In this document: piece after piece, positions 40,641 to 51,510 of the stretch | How positions within the stretch are numbered: position 1 is the first letter of the stretch | How the letters are laid out: the number at the start of each line of letters is the position of its first letter | Source: Lingula anatina | Taxonomy: Eukaryota; Animalia; Brachiopoda | Direction of reading: 5' to 3' | Assembly (NCBI GenBank): GCA_051362555.1 | Contig: CM120645.1 | Location: 13,640,001-13,704,000, forward strand | DNA length: 64,000 nt | Made by a program: the position numbers and the translations under genes | Notes under the pieces: model-generated | The model's database searches: none | The model's input: the letters and a program-made list of their open reading frames with translations, nothing else | What the model was told of the DNA's origin: nothing

Positions 40641-41576
40641 ATGGATACGAGTAAATACATCAGTGATGGTCAGAAGTTAGGGTATGAAGCTGAACAGTTG
40701 AGAGAGTATGTAGCAAAATGTGAACAACAGTACCTAGAGCGTGAAGAGAGAGCACGTGTACGTGAAGATGAAAGAAAGAAACAGGAATTGGAAGTGTTAA
40801 GATTAAACCATGAATTAGAAATGGAAAAGCAAGAACTTGACAGAAAGTTTCAGCGAGAAGAACAGCAGCGGGCGTTAGAGAAGGAGCATATGGAAATAGA
40901 AAAGATGAAGCTCCAGGTACAATTGGGCGAACAGAAGACCAAATTCAGTGCAAGTACCTCAAGTGAAACAAGTGTTAAGGCGCCACGCCCAAAGTTACCT
41001 GCATTCGATGAAAATAAAGATGACATGGATGCATTTTTAGATCGTTTTGAACGCTTTGCTTCTAGTCAGCAGTGGCCAAAAGAGAGTTGGTCAGTGAGTC
41101 TAAGCCCATTGTTAACTGGTAAAGGTCTGCAGGCGTATTCTAGTATGCCAGCCGAGGAAGCTAATAACTATGACAACTTGAAAGTAGCTTTGTTGAAGAG
41201 ATATATGCTGACCGAAGAAGGGTTTCGTGTTAAGTTCAGAAGCTGTAAACCTGACAGTGGGGAAACGGTGTTTCAATTTGTTGCTAGGATGAAGAGATAT
41301 TATCAAAGATGGAAAGAACTCTCAGAAGTTGAAGATACAGTAGAAAGCCTCAATGACCTCATCATACGAGAGCAATTCATGTCGACATGCTCCAATGAAC
41401 TGTCAGTGTTCTTAAAAGAAAGGAAGCCAAGGACTGTTGATGAGATGACCAGGTTAGCAGAGCAATACCTTGAGGCACACAGTGGGTCCCCAGTCAAGGG
41501 GAGGAATAATTTCAGAGTTGAAGCCATTAAGGGATCAGATAATGTGGGTGCAGATTACCTCAGTAGGTTGTGTTAA
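40641..41576 (+). CDS. gag: Gag (coiled coil plus capsid/SCAN-like domain) fused to the last ~20 aa of RNase H
   Basis: PKLPAFDE..DDMDAFLDRFER..W, LTGKG..AY, Y..LK.ALL.RY.LTEEGFR.KFR and REQF motifs are typical of Gypsy Gag; the C-terminus FRVEAIKGSDNVGADYLSR is the Gypsy RNase H terminal motif. Confidence 0.9.
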   Translation: MDTSKYISDGQKLGYEAEQLREYVAKCEQQYLEREERARVREDERKKQELEVLRLNHELEMEKQELDRKFQREEQQRALEKEHMEIEKMKLQVQLGEQKTKFSASTSSETSVKAPRPKLPAFDENKDDMDAFLDRFERFASSQQWPKESWSVSLSPLLTGKGLQAYSSMPAEEANNYDNLKVALLKRYMLTEEGFRVKFRSCKPDSGETVFQFVARMKRYYQRWKELSEVEDTVESLNDLIIREQFMSTCSNELSVFLKERKPRTVDEMTRLAEQYLEAHSGSPVKGRNNFRVEAIKGSDNVGADYLSRLC

Positions 41577-43389
41577 ATATGATGTTTGTGCTAGATGTTA
41601 TATAAAGTTTCACATTTGTAAGTGAAGAAGTGGTCAAGTTGTTTCAAGAGTTCCATTGTAGTTATTAAGTTTATTATAGAGTAAGAGTTCATGTTAAACT
41701 AAAGTAGTTAAGTAGTTAAGCTGTTTACTGTTATTGGTTAAGATTTTTTTTTTAGTGTTACACAGTTAAGAGGTTGTCGTCAGACTAATTAATGTGTTGG
41801 TTGTGTAGATGAACATGTTGACGTTTTATATAAGTTGTAAAAGGGTTATTACCGTGTTTGTAACCTTAACCATTTATTAATTGAAAAACAGTAAATGTTT
41901 TTCTTAGTAGGGGGTAGTTGTCAGAGAATTAAGCTCTCCTGGGTTGGGAGATCACAACAAAAGGGGGGAGAAGAAAAATCGGGGCCATGCTGAATGGCTG
42001 TTTCGGATGATTGTAGAGGAGTTTTAGGCGCTGTTGTCTTTCCTGGCAGTATTGTTCAATGACACCACTTTGCCTTAGGAACCTTTATGCACTTATTTGT
42101 TATCATAATGAAGTGCATTGTAATTCAGACCTAGGACCGGGACAGTTCAAGGACGTATCGGGGAAACACGATTACGCAAGGATAAAAGATTTACCTCTGA
42201 AACACCGAGAGTTACTAGTTCACAACATGCACCTGTGACAGTAGGTTTACATGAGATGTAGTACTGTATGAATATAGAATAAATAATTTTGGAAGCGTTC
42301 TAAGCGCTGTTGTTTTTCCTGACAATATATATTTGTAGAAAAGTAAAATAAGAAAGAAAAACAAAAAGAAACAACAACAACAACAACAAAAAATAGGCAA
42401 AAAATTACTTGCATAACAAGTTTTTTTTTTATTTAATGAAAAAGACGCTGTGGAATGACACAAGGACTAAAAGCATTACAATTATGAAGAATGTGTAGCT
42501 AGTAATATCAAATATCGTAATAAAGCAGTAACATTTATGTTGCTATTGATAAAAATGATAACTTTAGTACTCCTTACGCTCGGCACACACTATTTTCCTC
42601 TCCTACAGATCATAAGTCCGCCAGGGCCTACCTTCTTTCCAATTTTATTAAACTTCCGTTTCTCTTCCTCACTTCGTTTTCATTTTTGCCACGCTTTGCA
42701 CCAACGAAGTGTTTAAAGTTCAACAACGTCATTTTCTAAGCAAAAGGCTTAGTTGAGTATCCATGAGTACTGTGTACGACTGATAATGAAGAAACAGAGG
42801 ATCAAGTCTGTAAAAACGCAAATAACGAGCACATGTGTTGCGGCCATTTTGTTGTGTAGGGTATTACGAAAACGAAAACGAGACTGTACATTACATCATT
42901 CAGGAATTCCCCAACCTCAGCCAGTCACAAAATAGTATTTGTGAGTGAAACTGAGGTTAATAAATTATGTATAATTAGCTGGGAACTCCCCGAGATTTTC
43001 ACCCCGTCTCTCTTTTCGAATGAAGTAAAATATATCGTTCAGAAAAGAAACAACAACGTATTCCTTATATTTCACATTCCCAGTCAGTTTGAAAACTCGC
43101 CGGACATAAGGTCCGACGATACAGGTTTTTTTATCGGACCGAGACGAAATTTGCCAGGCATGTCCGACGGTCCGACGCCTTTCGTAAAGTCTGCAACAGG
43201 GTGGAAAATAAGGCGGTTCACCAAGATGCCTTACACGCTTACAAGTATAATGAAAATTCTCACACAATAAGTGCATGGGATGTATTTCGTTTATTGTAAG
43301 TTATTTATACACCATGTCCCCTTCATCTTTACGTCTTTATTCTTTAAAAAAACTTTGTTTTGTTGACGGTTGAAATGTCACTTTATGTA

Positions 43390-43707
43390 AAGAGTCACTC
43401 CACGGGATTTCCCCGCCATAATGAATTCCTTAGGGTAAACAACAATTTTCTACACCCGAATTATTGCTTGACCACTCCTTCCACTTTGATTCTATGTATG
43501 TCATCTGGTGCCACATGCATCGCCTCGCTTACACATAAAAATGGCGGGGTGTTTTGTATCGCAGCCTTGTACCGTGTATGTAAATACGGACGTTGCAAGC
43601 TGGCAATGGCAAAACCGAGAAGCCTGAGAAGATAACAACGTCACTAGGTACGAGTCAGATAAACTTTTATCTCACGCGTGGAGGGAAATTCCCGTGGAGT
43701 GGCCCTT
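43390..43707. mobile_element. ~320-bp MITE-like element
   Basis: Imperfect 25-bp inverted ends aagagtcactccacgggatttcccc / gggaaattcccgtggagtggccctt; no clear TSD. Confidence 0.6.
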
Positions 43708-44406
43708 CGAATGTTGCGTACAAACACTTTCAAATGTATGATTTCCGGCATACTGTAGGTGACGAATGACATGCTTTTTATTATATGGCTTTTCACACAT
43801 GTTCAATTAGAAATCGTTATAATTCACCATATAGCCTAATTATTAGCAATTGGATGAAAGACAAGGCACTTGCAAGCGATAAGACTTTTATTTTGTACTT
43901 AAAATAACGTACAACCTAAAATTTCGAATGTACAATTTGCAAGAACCTGATTAAAAAAAACACCGAAGTTTGAGAAGTCGCTCTTATCAGTAGGTAAAGC
44001 ATGAATATACCTCTTAAATACTAATATATGCTTAAAGTCTAAAATCACACAATTTTGCACTATAACAGCTAGCCTTTTGTGTACCAAAATCCATCAAATT
44101 TACAAAATATTGAAGGGATAATAACGCTTCATTTTGGTCAAAAAATTGAATTTTCCTAGAATAAACAACAATTTTCCCATACTAACCAATGGTTAATGAA
44201 TAATATAATAATAATATAATAATATATGTATTTCAAGCCTAAAATCCATAAAATGTTCAATACACTGTACAACATAAAATACAAAGAAGTTTATAGATAA
44301 AAATGGTTAAGATATATTTTATATAAATAAGAGCTAAAGTAAATTGTAATAAACAGTAATTAAAAGTAAAAATCCAAGGTTTCTTTAAAATTGTAAAATT
44401 TAAAAT

Positions 44407-45155
44407 TCATGAATAAAATGTCTTAAAAATATGAGTTTTTAATTCCTTTTTAAAAGATTCTTGTGATTCTATTTGTCGAATAAAAATTGGCAACTTATTC
44501 CATTCTACTGGTGCAGCTACACAAAATGATATGTCACCATATGATTTTAACCTTGATTTTGGAACTTTCAGTAAAAGTTTGTCACCAGACCTCAGGGATC
44601 TTTGAGGGCTATAATGTTTGACTAGATCGGTTATATATGGTGGAGCTAGATTATAAAAAGCAGCATGTGTAAAAACTAAAACCTTAAATAAAATTCTGGC
44701 CCTAACTGGTAACCAGTGCAGATGCTTTAAAATTGGAGTGATATGGCAATCCCTAGGCTGTAGCATTAAAAGCCGTGCTGAGATATTCTGGATGCGTTGT
44801 AATCTAAAAGATTTGATCTTATTATCTGGACATTCATATTATACAGAATTGCAATAGTCTAGCCTGGAAGTTACCAATGAGTGTATAACTGTAGCAGCAA
44901 ACGAATGATTCAGATGTTTCCTTATGGTGCCAATATTCCGAATGTTGAATAAACAAGACCTTGTGATGTTGGAGATCTGTTTGTCCATTGAAAGTGTAGA
45001 ATCAAAGTATACTCCTAAATTTTTTACATGGGGGGAGGAAAATGCCATACTAGCTCCAATTTTAAGTTGCAAGTTGTGAGCAAGGCCCTTGTTGTGGGGT
45101 TGAGTAATAACTAAAAATTATGTTTTTCCATCATTTATCTTCAATTTGTTTGAAA
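44407..45155 (-). mobile_element. 5'-truncated L2/CR1-group LINE fragment (post-RT C-terminus of ORF2), with stops
   Basis: VKNLGVYFDSTLSM, HSLVTSRLDYCNS, LQRIQN..ARL, HITPILKHLHWLPV..RI.FK, RSLRS, F.VAAP..WN.LP and FKKELKT; internal stop at 44839-44841. Confidence 0.9.
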
Positions 45156-46300
45156 TCTAATTTTACATTTAAAATTAATCCCCGTTTTTTTCTAATTTTT
45201 TTAAAAATATACTGTATATAATCTCTTCACAGGTTACAACAGAGTGTAGCCATCAATTGGGATCGCGTGATCTAAAGACAAGCTCAGATATCAGGATAAT
45301 AGCTATAACTGTCGTTTTTGTGGTACAACAGAATATGTTATATTTCTATGAGTTGTTCACGATGTTTTTATTGTGAAATATACATGTAGATCTCATACGA
45401 AAAGTTATTGTCCCGTTAAGTTTAAAATAAAGACAGACCTATTAAAGGTAGTTAAATAAAATAGGATCACAGTGTCACTGAAGCTTTCGGTCTTATTTTT
45501 GGCATTCATAATCAAGATTGGTTGTTATTTCTTATCTTACTATAAAATCTGCTGATTAAAATATTATTTACTTTATCCTTACCATTACTAGGTTTTTACG
45601 TTCTAAGCGTTGTTTTTCTTAAGCGACACAATTTGCTTTAACCGTTCCATCAACAATCAGGAAATACATTTGTAAGTGCCCTAGACTGTCACACAGGACA
45701 GATTCACATATTAACTTCAAAGCAAACGCATCGTTGATTAATAAGCGGTGTGATAGCATGCTGACAGTAGAAACACTTAAAAAGACATATGGACCGAGCG
45801 TCGGTGGAGTGTGGATTCCCAGTAACGCATATAAACCACTTCTACTAATTTCTTATACGACTCACATAAATTCGACATGCCAAGGGATAAACTGAATAGA
45901 TCACTCGATCAGCCATAAAAGAGCTTTACGTTGCTCTTTTCTTTAAAGTTTGGTCAGAAATTTAACCTACTTATCTGACCTATTTATCTGCCCCATTTAT
46001 GTACGCTATAGAAAGCTAGCAGAAAAATCTGTTCAGATATATTTTTCGGGTAATATTAAACGATGTCTTTTGATTATTCTTTTAGTTATACTATTTGAAA
46101 GTATATGCTGATATTTGGTTGGCTTTTGAGGCAAACAAAATTGACTTCACATGTATCCTTGATCTCTCTCTCTCTCCCTCTGAGGCACTCTCCTAGCCTC
46201 TCTTATAGAAGTTAATGTTTTAAAACTTCAGATTTTTTTTTACACATAAACCGTCAACACCATGATCTTAATGAAAACAAATCCTGGGTATGTTATCAAT

Positions 46301-49300
46301 CTACAAAATATTAAAATAAAAGTTTGTAAAATTGTGACCACTATCGCTAGACCAGAAAATAACCACAAGCAAACACACAATCGAGCAGATTAGTATACTT
46401 GCAAACATTTTTTTGCAAATAATTATAGAGAGACGAAAGCGCCTAGATTTATTCACCGAGACGCTGACCCCCTTGTCGGCTGTAGCGGTTTCCTTCTTAT
46501 GATGCTTGGAATAATCCTCCGCTGATTCCAATTTTGCCAAGCATTCTAACCCTCCGGCTGTCAGCTGAACAGCTGTAACATCAATCCAAAATAATTTTGG
46601 ATGTTAAAAACAAAGATTTAATTTACATATATCCATAGATGAGCAACGCATATAAATTGAAATCTTCAAAGTTCATTACAATTCACACTGCACATGTGTA
46701 TGTTAAAATAAATATCAAGTTTCTGGTATATACTCTCTTCCTATTCTGCCTTAAACTCAAAAATGCATGTGTTGGCCATTAAATTACATATAGAACTTTT
46801 TCATTTTGTACTATTCTGTTTAGTTACAGAAGCTTAAATATTGACTATTTTATATCAAAAAACTTTGTTCTATTGAAAAGGAAATAAGCATGCATACTTA
46901 TGTCGTGAAGCTGCGTCTTCAAGCCATTAACGGTTACGTCAGTGTCAAGGACGTGTTCCATTAAATCTTCAATTTCCTTGACTGGCTTTTGCATTTTTTC
47001 CTGTAAGAAGACCGCGGTAAGTATTAAATTTTGAAAAAAAAAACATAAGTATCCCTTTAGGAATCCCCTCTCAGGATCTAACCTTTGGACAATTCCGCTC
47101 TGGTAAAAGTGGAATTGTTGGAGGTAGCCTTGCAAAAAAAAAAATTATTTTAGACATTAATGAACAAGACGGTTAGGCCTACCAGTCCAACCTATACTGT
47201 TTATCTAATCGCTGTACCTGACGGTGTGTGTTCTATTGCTTTCTTTTTACATAGTTTTCAGACGTGTCAGAGTATAGCCCGAAGTTACAGGATTCAGTAG
47301 ATATAACTAATATTGTGTGGATAAGAGCGTCACCAACCCTTTAGCATCACAAATAATCTTAATGACTTAAACAGTATCAAGTATATAATTGAAAAAAAAA
47401 AATGTCACCATTACGTCGCTTAATAGTTTTGAAGCTCAGAGTGAAATGTAAATTAAGTGCATTAATGTTATCGACAAATTGAAGCTAACTCTCATCAGTT
47501 TCAGTCTTCCACTTACTCTTACGAATTTCACTATCTCAGCCTTCAGCATGAAAGCAACAGTGAGATCCTGGTGGTTGAGTTTCGCCACGTCCAATGGGGT
47601 GTCGCCATCGTCGTCTGCCGCCTTGGTGTCCGCCCCTGCTTCCACCAGTAGTTTCACAATTTCTAGGTTACCTCGCATGCAGGCCAAGTGCAGCGGTGTC
47701 AGTTTATAAGCATCGCTAGCTCCATAAGCTCCAAGCTCCAGAAGTTTCTTTACAACAACGGAGTGTTGTTGTAGAACGGCATGGTGGAGAGGGGTTAGAT
47801 CCTCGGGGGCGGAATCTTGGCATGTTCCATACTCTTGGAACTTCTTTCTAACGGCATCGGGAGGATCTTCTCCCCATCCTGAGTACAACATCTTCCCGTA
47901 AGCTGACACATCTAAACATTCTGCATTTGATTTTTCTAAGAAATCCGCAAGAAGCTTCCTCTTGACCAGAACATAATGCCACGCAGGACTTCCTCTACCA
48001 CTACCGCGGACTATATATACCAGACTCCCTTCGTCGAGATTACCTCGTTTGTTAATCAATCCAGTATGTGTTCCCAGAATGGCATCCAAACACTGCACTT
48101 GTCCACTCTTTGCTGCCACGTGTGCTGGATTTTCTCCTTTGTTATTTAGGATGGTTGGATCTGCCCCGCCTTCATCTAACAGACATTCCATGACATCCAG
48201 GCCAACATTATTGAGAACTGCGAGGTGTAGAGCCGTGTTTCCGTACTTGTTCTGAATATTTGGGTCAGCATTATGTTCATTTATCAAACACTTAACCACA
48301 TCTACATGGCCATCTGAAGATGCTACATGCAGAGCGGTGTTCCCGTACTTGTTCTGATAATTGACATCGATTCCGTCCATTGCAGTTATATCTTTCACTA
48401 ACTCAACGTGGCCGCCCCATGCGGCACACACCAGGGTATTGCTGGTCACAGGTAAACCATGGCGCTGCAGCCTGTCGTATATGTCTCTGAAGTTACGCAT
48501 CGCTGCGGCATCGAGGCACGTTATGTCTCCCATATTTGAATTCACACTTTTCTCGATGTCGATGTTTGGTAGATCAGTAAGGTACTCCACCACGTCATCG
48601 TACCCCATCCTGCAGGCACGACCCAGGGCTGTTTCACCAGACTCTGTGACAGCTTTCAGGTCTGCACCCATTTTGAGAAGCAGCTCAGGGCCGTAGCCTG
48701 AGCAAAATGCCAGGGGGGGCAGTAAGCGGACACGAGGGGGCGAAGCCCCCGAGGGGGGAGGGGGTGTCCCCCTACCAGTGTAGAAACTTCTAAATCCCAG
48801 GGGGGGCAGCTGCCCCCCCTGCCCCCCCGGAGGCTACGGCCCTGCAGCTTCACGCCATCTAGGAATCCTACACCGGCAGCAATGTGAAGTGGTGTACACT
48901 TTTCTGGGCCAGTCATATTTACGGTGTTTTGGTCACAATTGCAGGTTTTTTTAATCTCATCAATACTTTGACTTTTTACGGCCTTGTGAATTGGTTTCAA
49001 TTCACTCTCAAGTTTTCCTAATAAATCAATTCGGTCTGCCACACTCTTGTGATGTTTCTTTAAAGCTATCTCTTTGGCAGTACAACCATCCAGCTCACCA
49101 GGGTGAGTGCCGCTTGTGACCTGCGTGGAAAGTTTCGCCCAATCAAAATGTCTGAATATTGTCAGAACTGCATGTTCGTTATTGTGAAACGCTGCAGCGT
49201 GTAGAACATTGAATCCATTATCATCCCTGTACTTAAGGACTTCGCTTCTGTCCACCTGGCGTGCAGTCCTATCTAGCTCGTACCAAAGCTTAGGCTGTGA

Positions 49301-51510
49301 GATAAGTGCATACAGGCGGCGTAACAGATCAGCTTTCACTGAAATATCTTCCGTTTTTTCTCCTGAAATGAAGGGATGTTTTTTATCTTTAAATTAAAAC
49401 AAACTGTCTTCTTTGTAATAAACACAAACATTTGACACACGCCGTCTTATCTCATACTTTTTGCTCACATATTAAGGGCACCACATATAAATCCTTTTTC
49501 GAATACGTTTGTCATTTTCTTTGGTACATGAAGAGCCTCAGGGATTTGCAGTTGATAAAATCATCATCATCTCAATATTATTAACTTCTGAAGAGGTATG
49601 TGATACAACGTTAATGTCAATATACAATGTTAGCAGGTCAACATCAACTTCATAATACAGTATGGGCTTATCCATAAAAAATATGAACATGTACATATAC
49701 ATTTTGATTGAAATGCCTTTCATCTGAAGATTAAGCTAAACAGAATTTGGATTAGCAGCACTGACATTACTTTTCTACTTAAACCCAAAAATTAAAATCC
49801 ATTCTCCTACATGTACATAAAGTATTAAATTACGTTTATTGTATAAACTAAGACTATGTTAACCAATGTATTTCGGAAAAGATTTTAGTGATGTTTTGAG
49901 GTATTACATGTACGTGTTTTGTCGACACATTTTCTACACATTTTCTGCTAAATCTCCATGCACGTTCAGCTTGTTTTTGAGATTTAAATAAGTTTACTTC
50001 TACTGTTGCGGATAAAATTTAAAAGTCACTCGCTTTAACTAGAGTGACCGAAAGTACAGATCTTAAAGAATTGCTTTAAATCTAAAGATTGTAATTTTGT
50101 CAACGATTCTTGTATTGTGATTGGCGGGGGTTGGGGCGTGAGAATATATAAAAACCTATTTTGATACATTGTTAGGTCATTGTGTTATATAAAAATAACA
50201 CCTTTTCATTGCCCCGTGTATTGCCTGGTTTGGAATGAAACTCGATATATTTCTACAATTTATGTAACTTACTGGCATACAGCACTTGCGGTAGCGTCAC
50301 TACAGCAAATATTTGTTATTATGAACCATATTAATCAAAATTGTCTTGGTATAGAATATTAATATTAAGACGGAAGAATTCAAATGTGGATTTTGTGCAT
50401 TGTTTAGCAAAAATTGGTGTCTACAAATTTACAATAGAATTTACATGTATATATTTCTCTCCTTGATCCGCGCGCGCGCCCGCCCCTTAATGTGGTAGTA
50501 CTTACCTTGGACTGACACAACATCCAGCATTTCATCCACATCCCTCGCGATCGTATAATCTCTCTGAAGAAGACTGTTGCTGTCTCCTATTTGGATGTTG
50601 TTGCTGTGGTTGATGCTAATTATCTGTATGTTTGGATTAGTAAGTTTGCTTGGCACTGGAAAAACCAGGTCATAATAAATTAATCATTCAACAGCATATC
50701 CATTCTTATTTGAAATAGATTCATGTTTGTCCTGCTGCACTGAATTGGACGGCACTCAATTTTCATATAAAAAACACCTCTCTGTCATTTGCCTACCTTC
50801 CACCGGTCCCCATGATTCTTGTCGGGTCTGATTCACAACCACAAGCTCTAAAACATCATTGGTTTTCTGTCCTAAGGCAAGTAGAATTTCTTCATCTTCT
50901 ATTTCTGCTCCTTTGCCCTCTAAAACAACGAAAAGCCTTTCTTCTTCCCTATAACCTAACATATAGACAGTAGATAACCATATAACATCAAATTGATAAA
51001 AACATTACCTCTACCCTTTTGGTATAATAGCCTACGGTTTTATTGAACTTAAATATTTGCTCGTTTGAACACCCTTCACTATAACGGATTTAGGTTATCA
51101 AAATAAGAGGTCTCATATTTTCGAGAAACGAAGGGTGCAGTTTAGGGCAATTCTTGTAAATAACCATATTAACTTGTTGATCGCATTGTCTGTCATTTCT
51201 CGCTGGGGATATAACTTTTGTAATCTCCCGACTCTAGTCAGCATTTTGTTCCGTCTTCCATAGGAGGTATATATAAATATTTTACATGATCTTTGCAAGT
51301 TATATTTTACGAAGTACTTTGCAATGTCACAGTGACAATTATATATGTAGACTAGGTTTTAAAAATGCAACAACAAAAAATATATTGGCGAAAACGTCTG
51401 TACTTACCAAACAGCCTTCTAGCGTCTTGTAGCAGTGCCTCCATTGTTGTTAACTTACACGTTTTCTTCTTCTGACGGTCACATGAGTAGATGATACAAG
51501 GGGTGGCCAT
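46301..51510 (-). pseudogene. CIDE-N / RHIM / ankyrin-repeat protein, copy B, with C-terminal hydrophobic anchor; frameshifted by a MITE in exon 4
   Basis: Exons 51510-51408, 50955-50797, 50655-50506 (ISINHSNNIQIGDSN), 49362-47517, 47000-46898 and 46572-46301, with the same phases as copy A. The only lesion I see is the 164-bp insertion (element plus TSD) at 48686-48849. Confidence 0.8.
48686..48844. mobile_element. 159-bp GC-rich MITE with 5-bp TSD (CAGCT), inserted in a coding exon
   Basis: 14-bp TIRs CAGGGCCGTAGCCT / AGGCTACGGCCCTG; cagct at 48681-48685 and 48845-48849. Removing it restores GVKLLLKMGADL as in copy A. Confidence 0.92.

Larger units (their letters stand above)
39224..42324 (+). 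mobile_element. Gypsy (Gmr1-like) LTR retrotransposon, internally deleted, gag-only
   Basis: 406-bp TG...CA LTRs at 39224-39629 and 41919-42324, identical by eye; TSD ATATA; PBS TGGGGGCTCGTCCGGGA (tRNA-Pro) at 39633-39649; purine tract at ~41906-41917; single ORF. Confidence 0.95.
39033..43193. mobile_element. Non-autonomous TIR DNA element (~1.05 kb without its insert), host of the LTR element
   Basis: Perfect 17-bp TIRs CAGACTTTACGAAAGGC / GCCTTTCGTAAAGTCTG; 6-bp direct repeat CAACAG on both flanks (39027-39032 and 43194-43199). Confidence 0.85.

Noticed and set aside
47001-47135. In-frame 5' extension of exon 5 in copy B with some similarity to 31380-31450
   Set aside because: The acceptor at 47001-47002 matches copy A in position and phase; the similarity is explained as residual intron homology.
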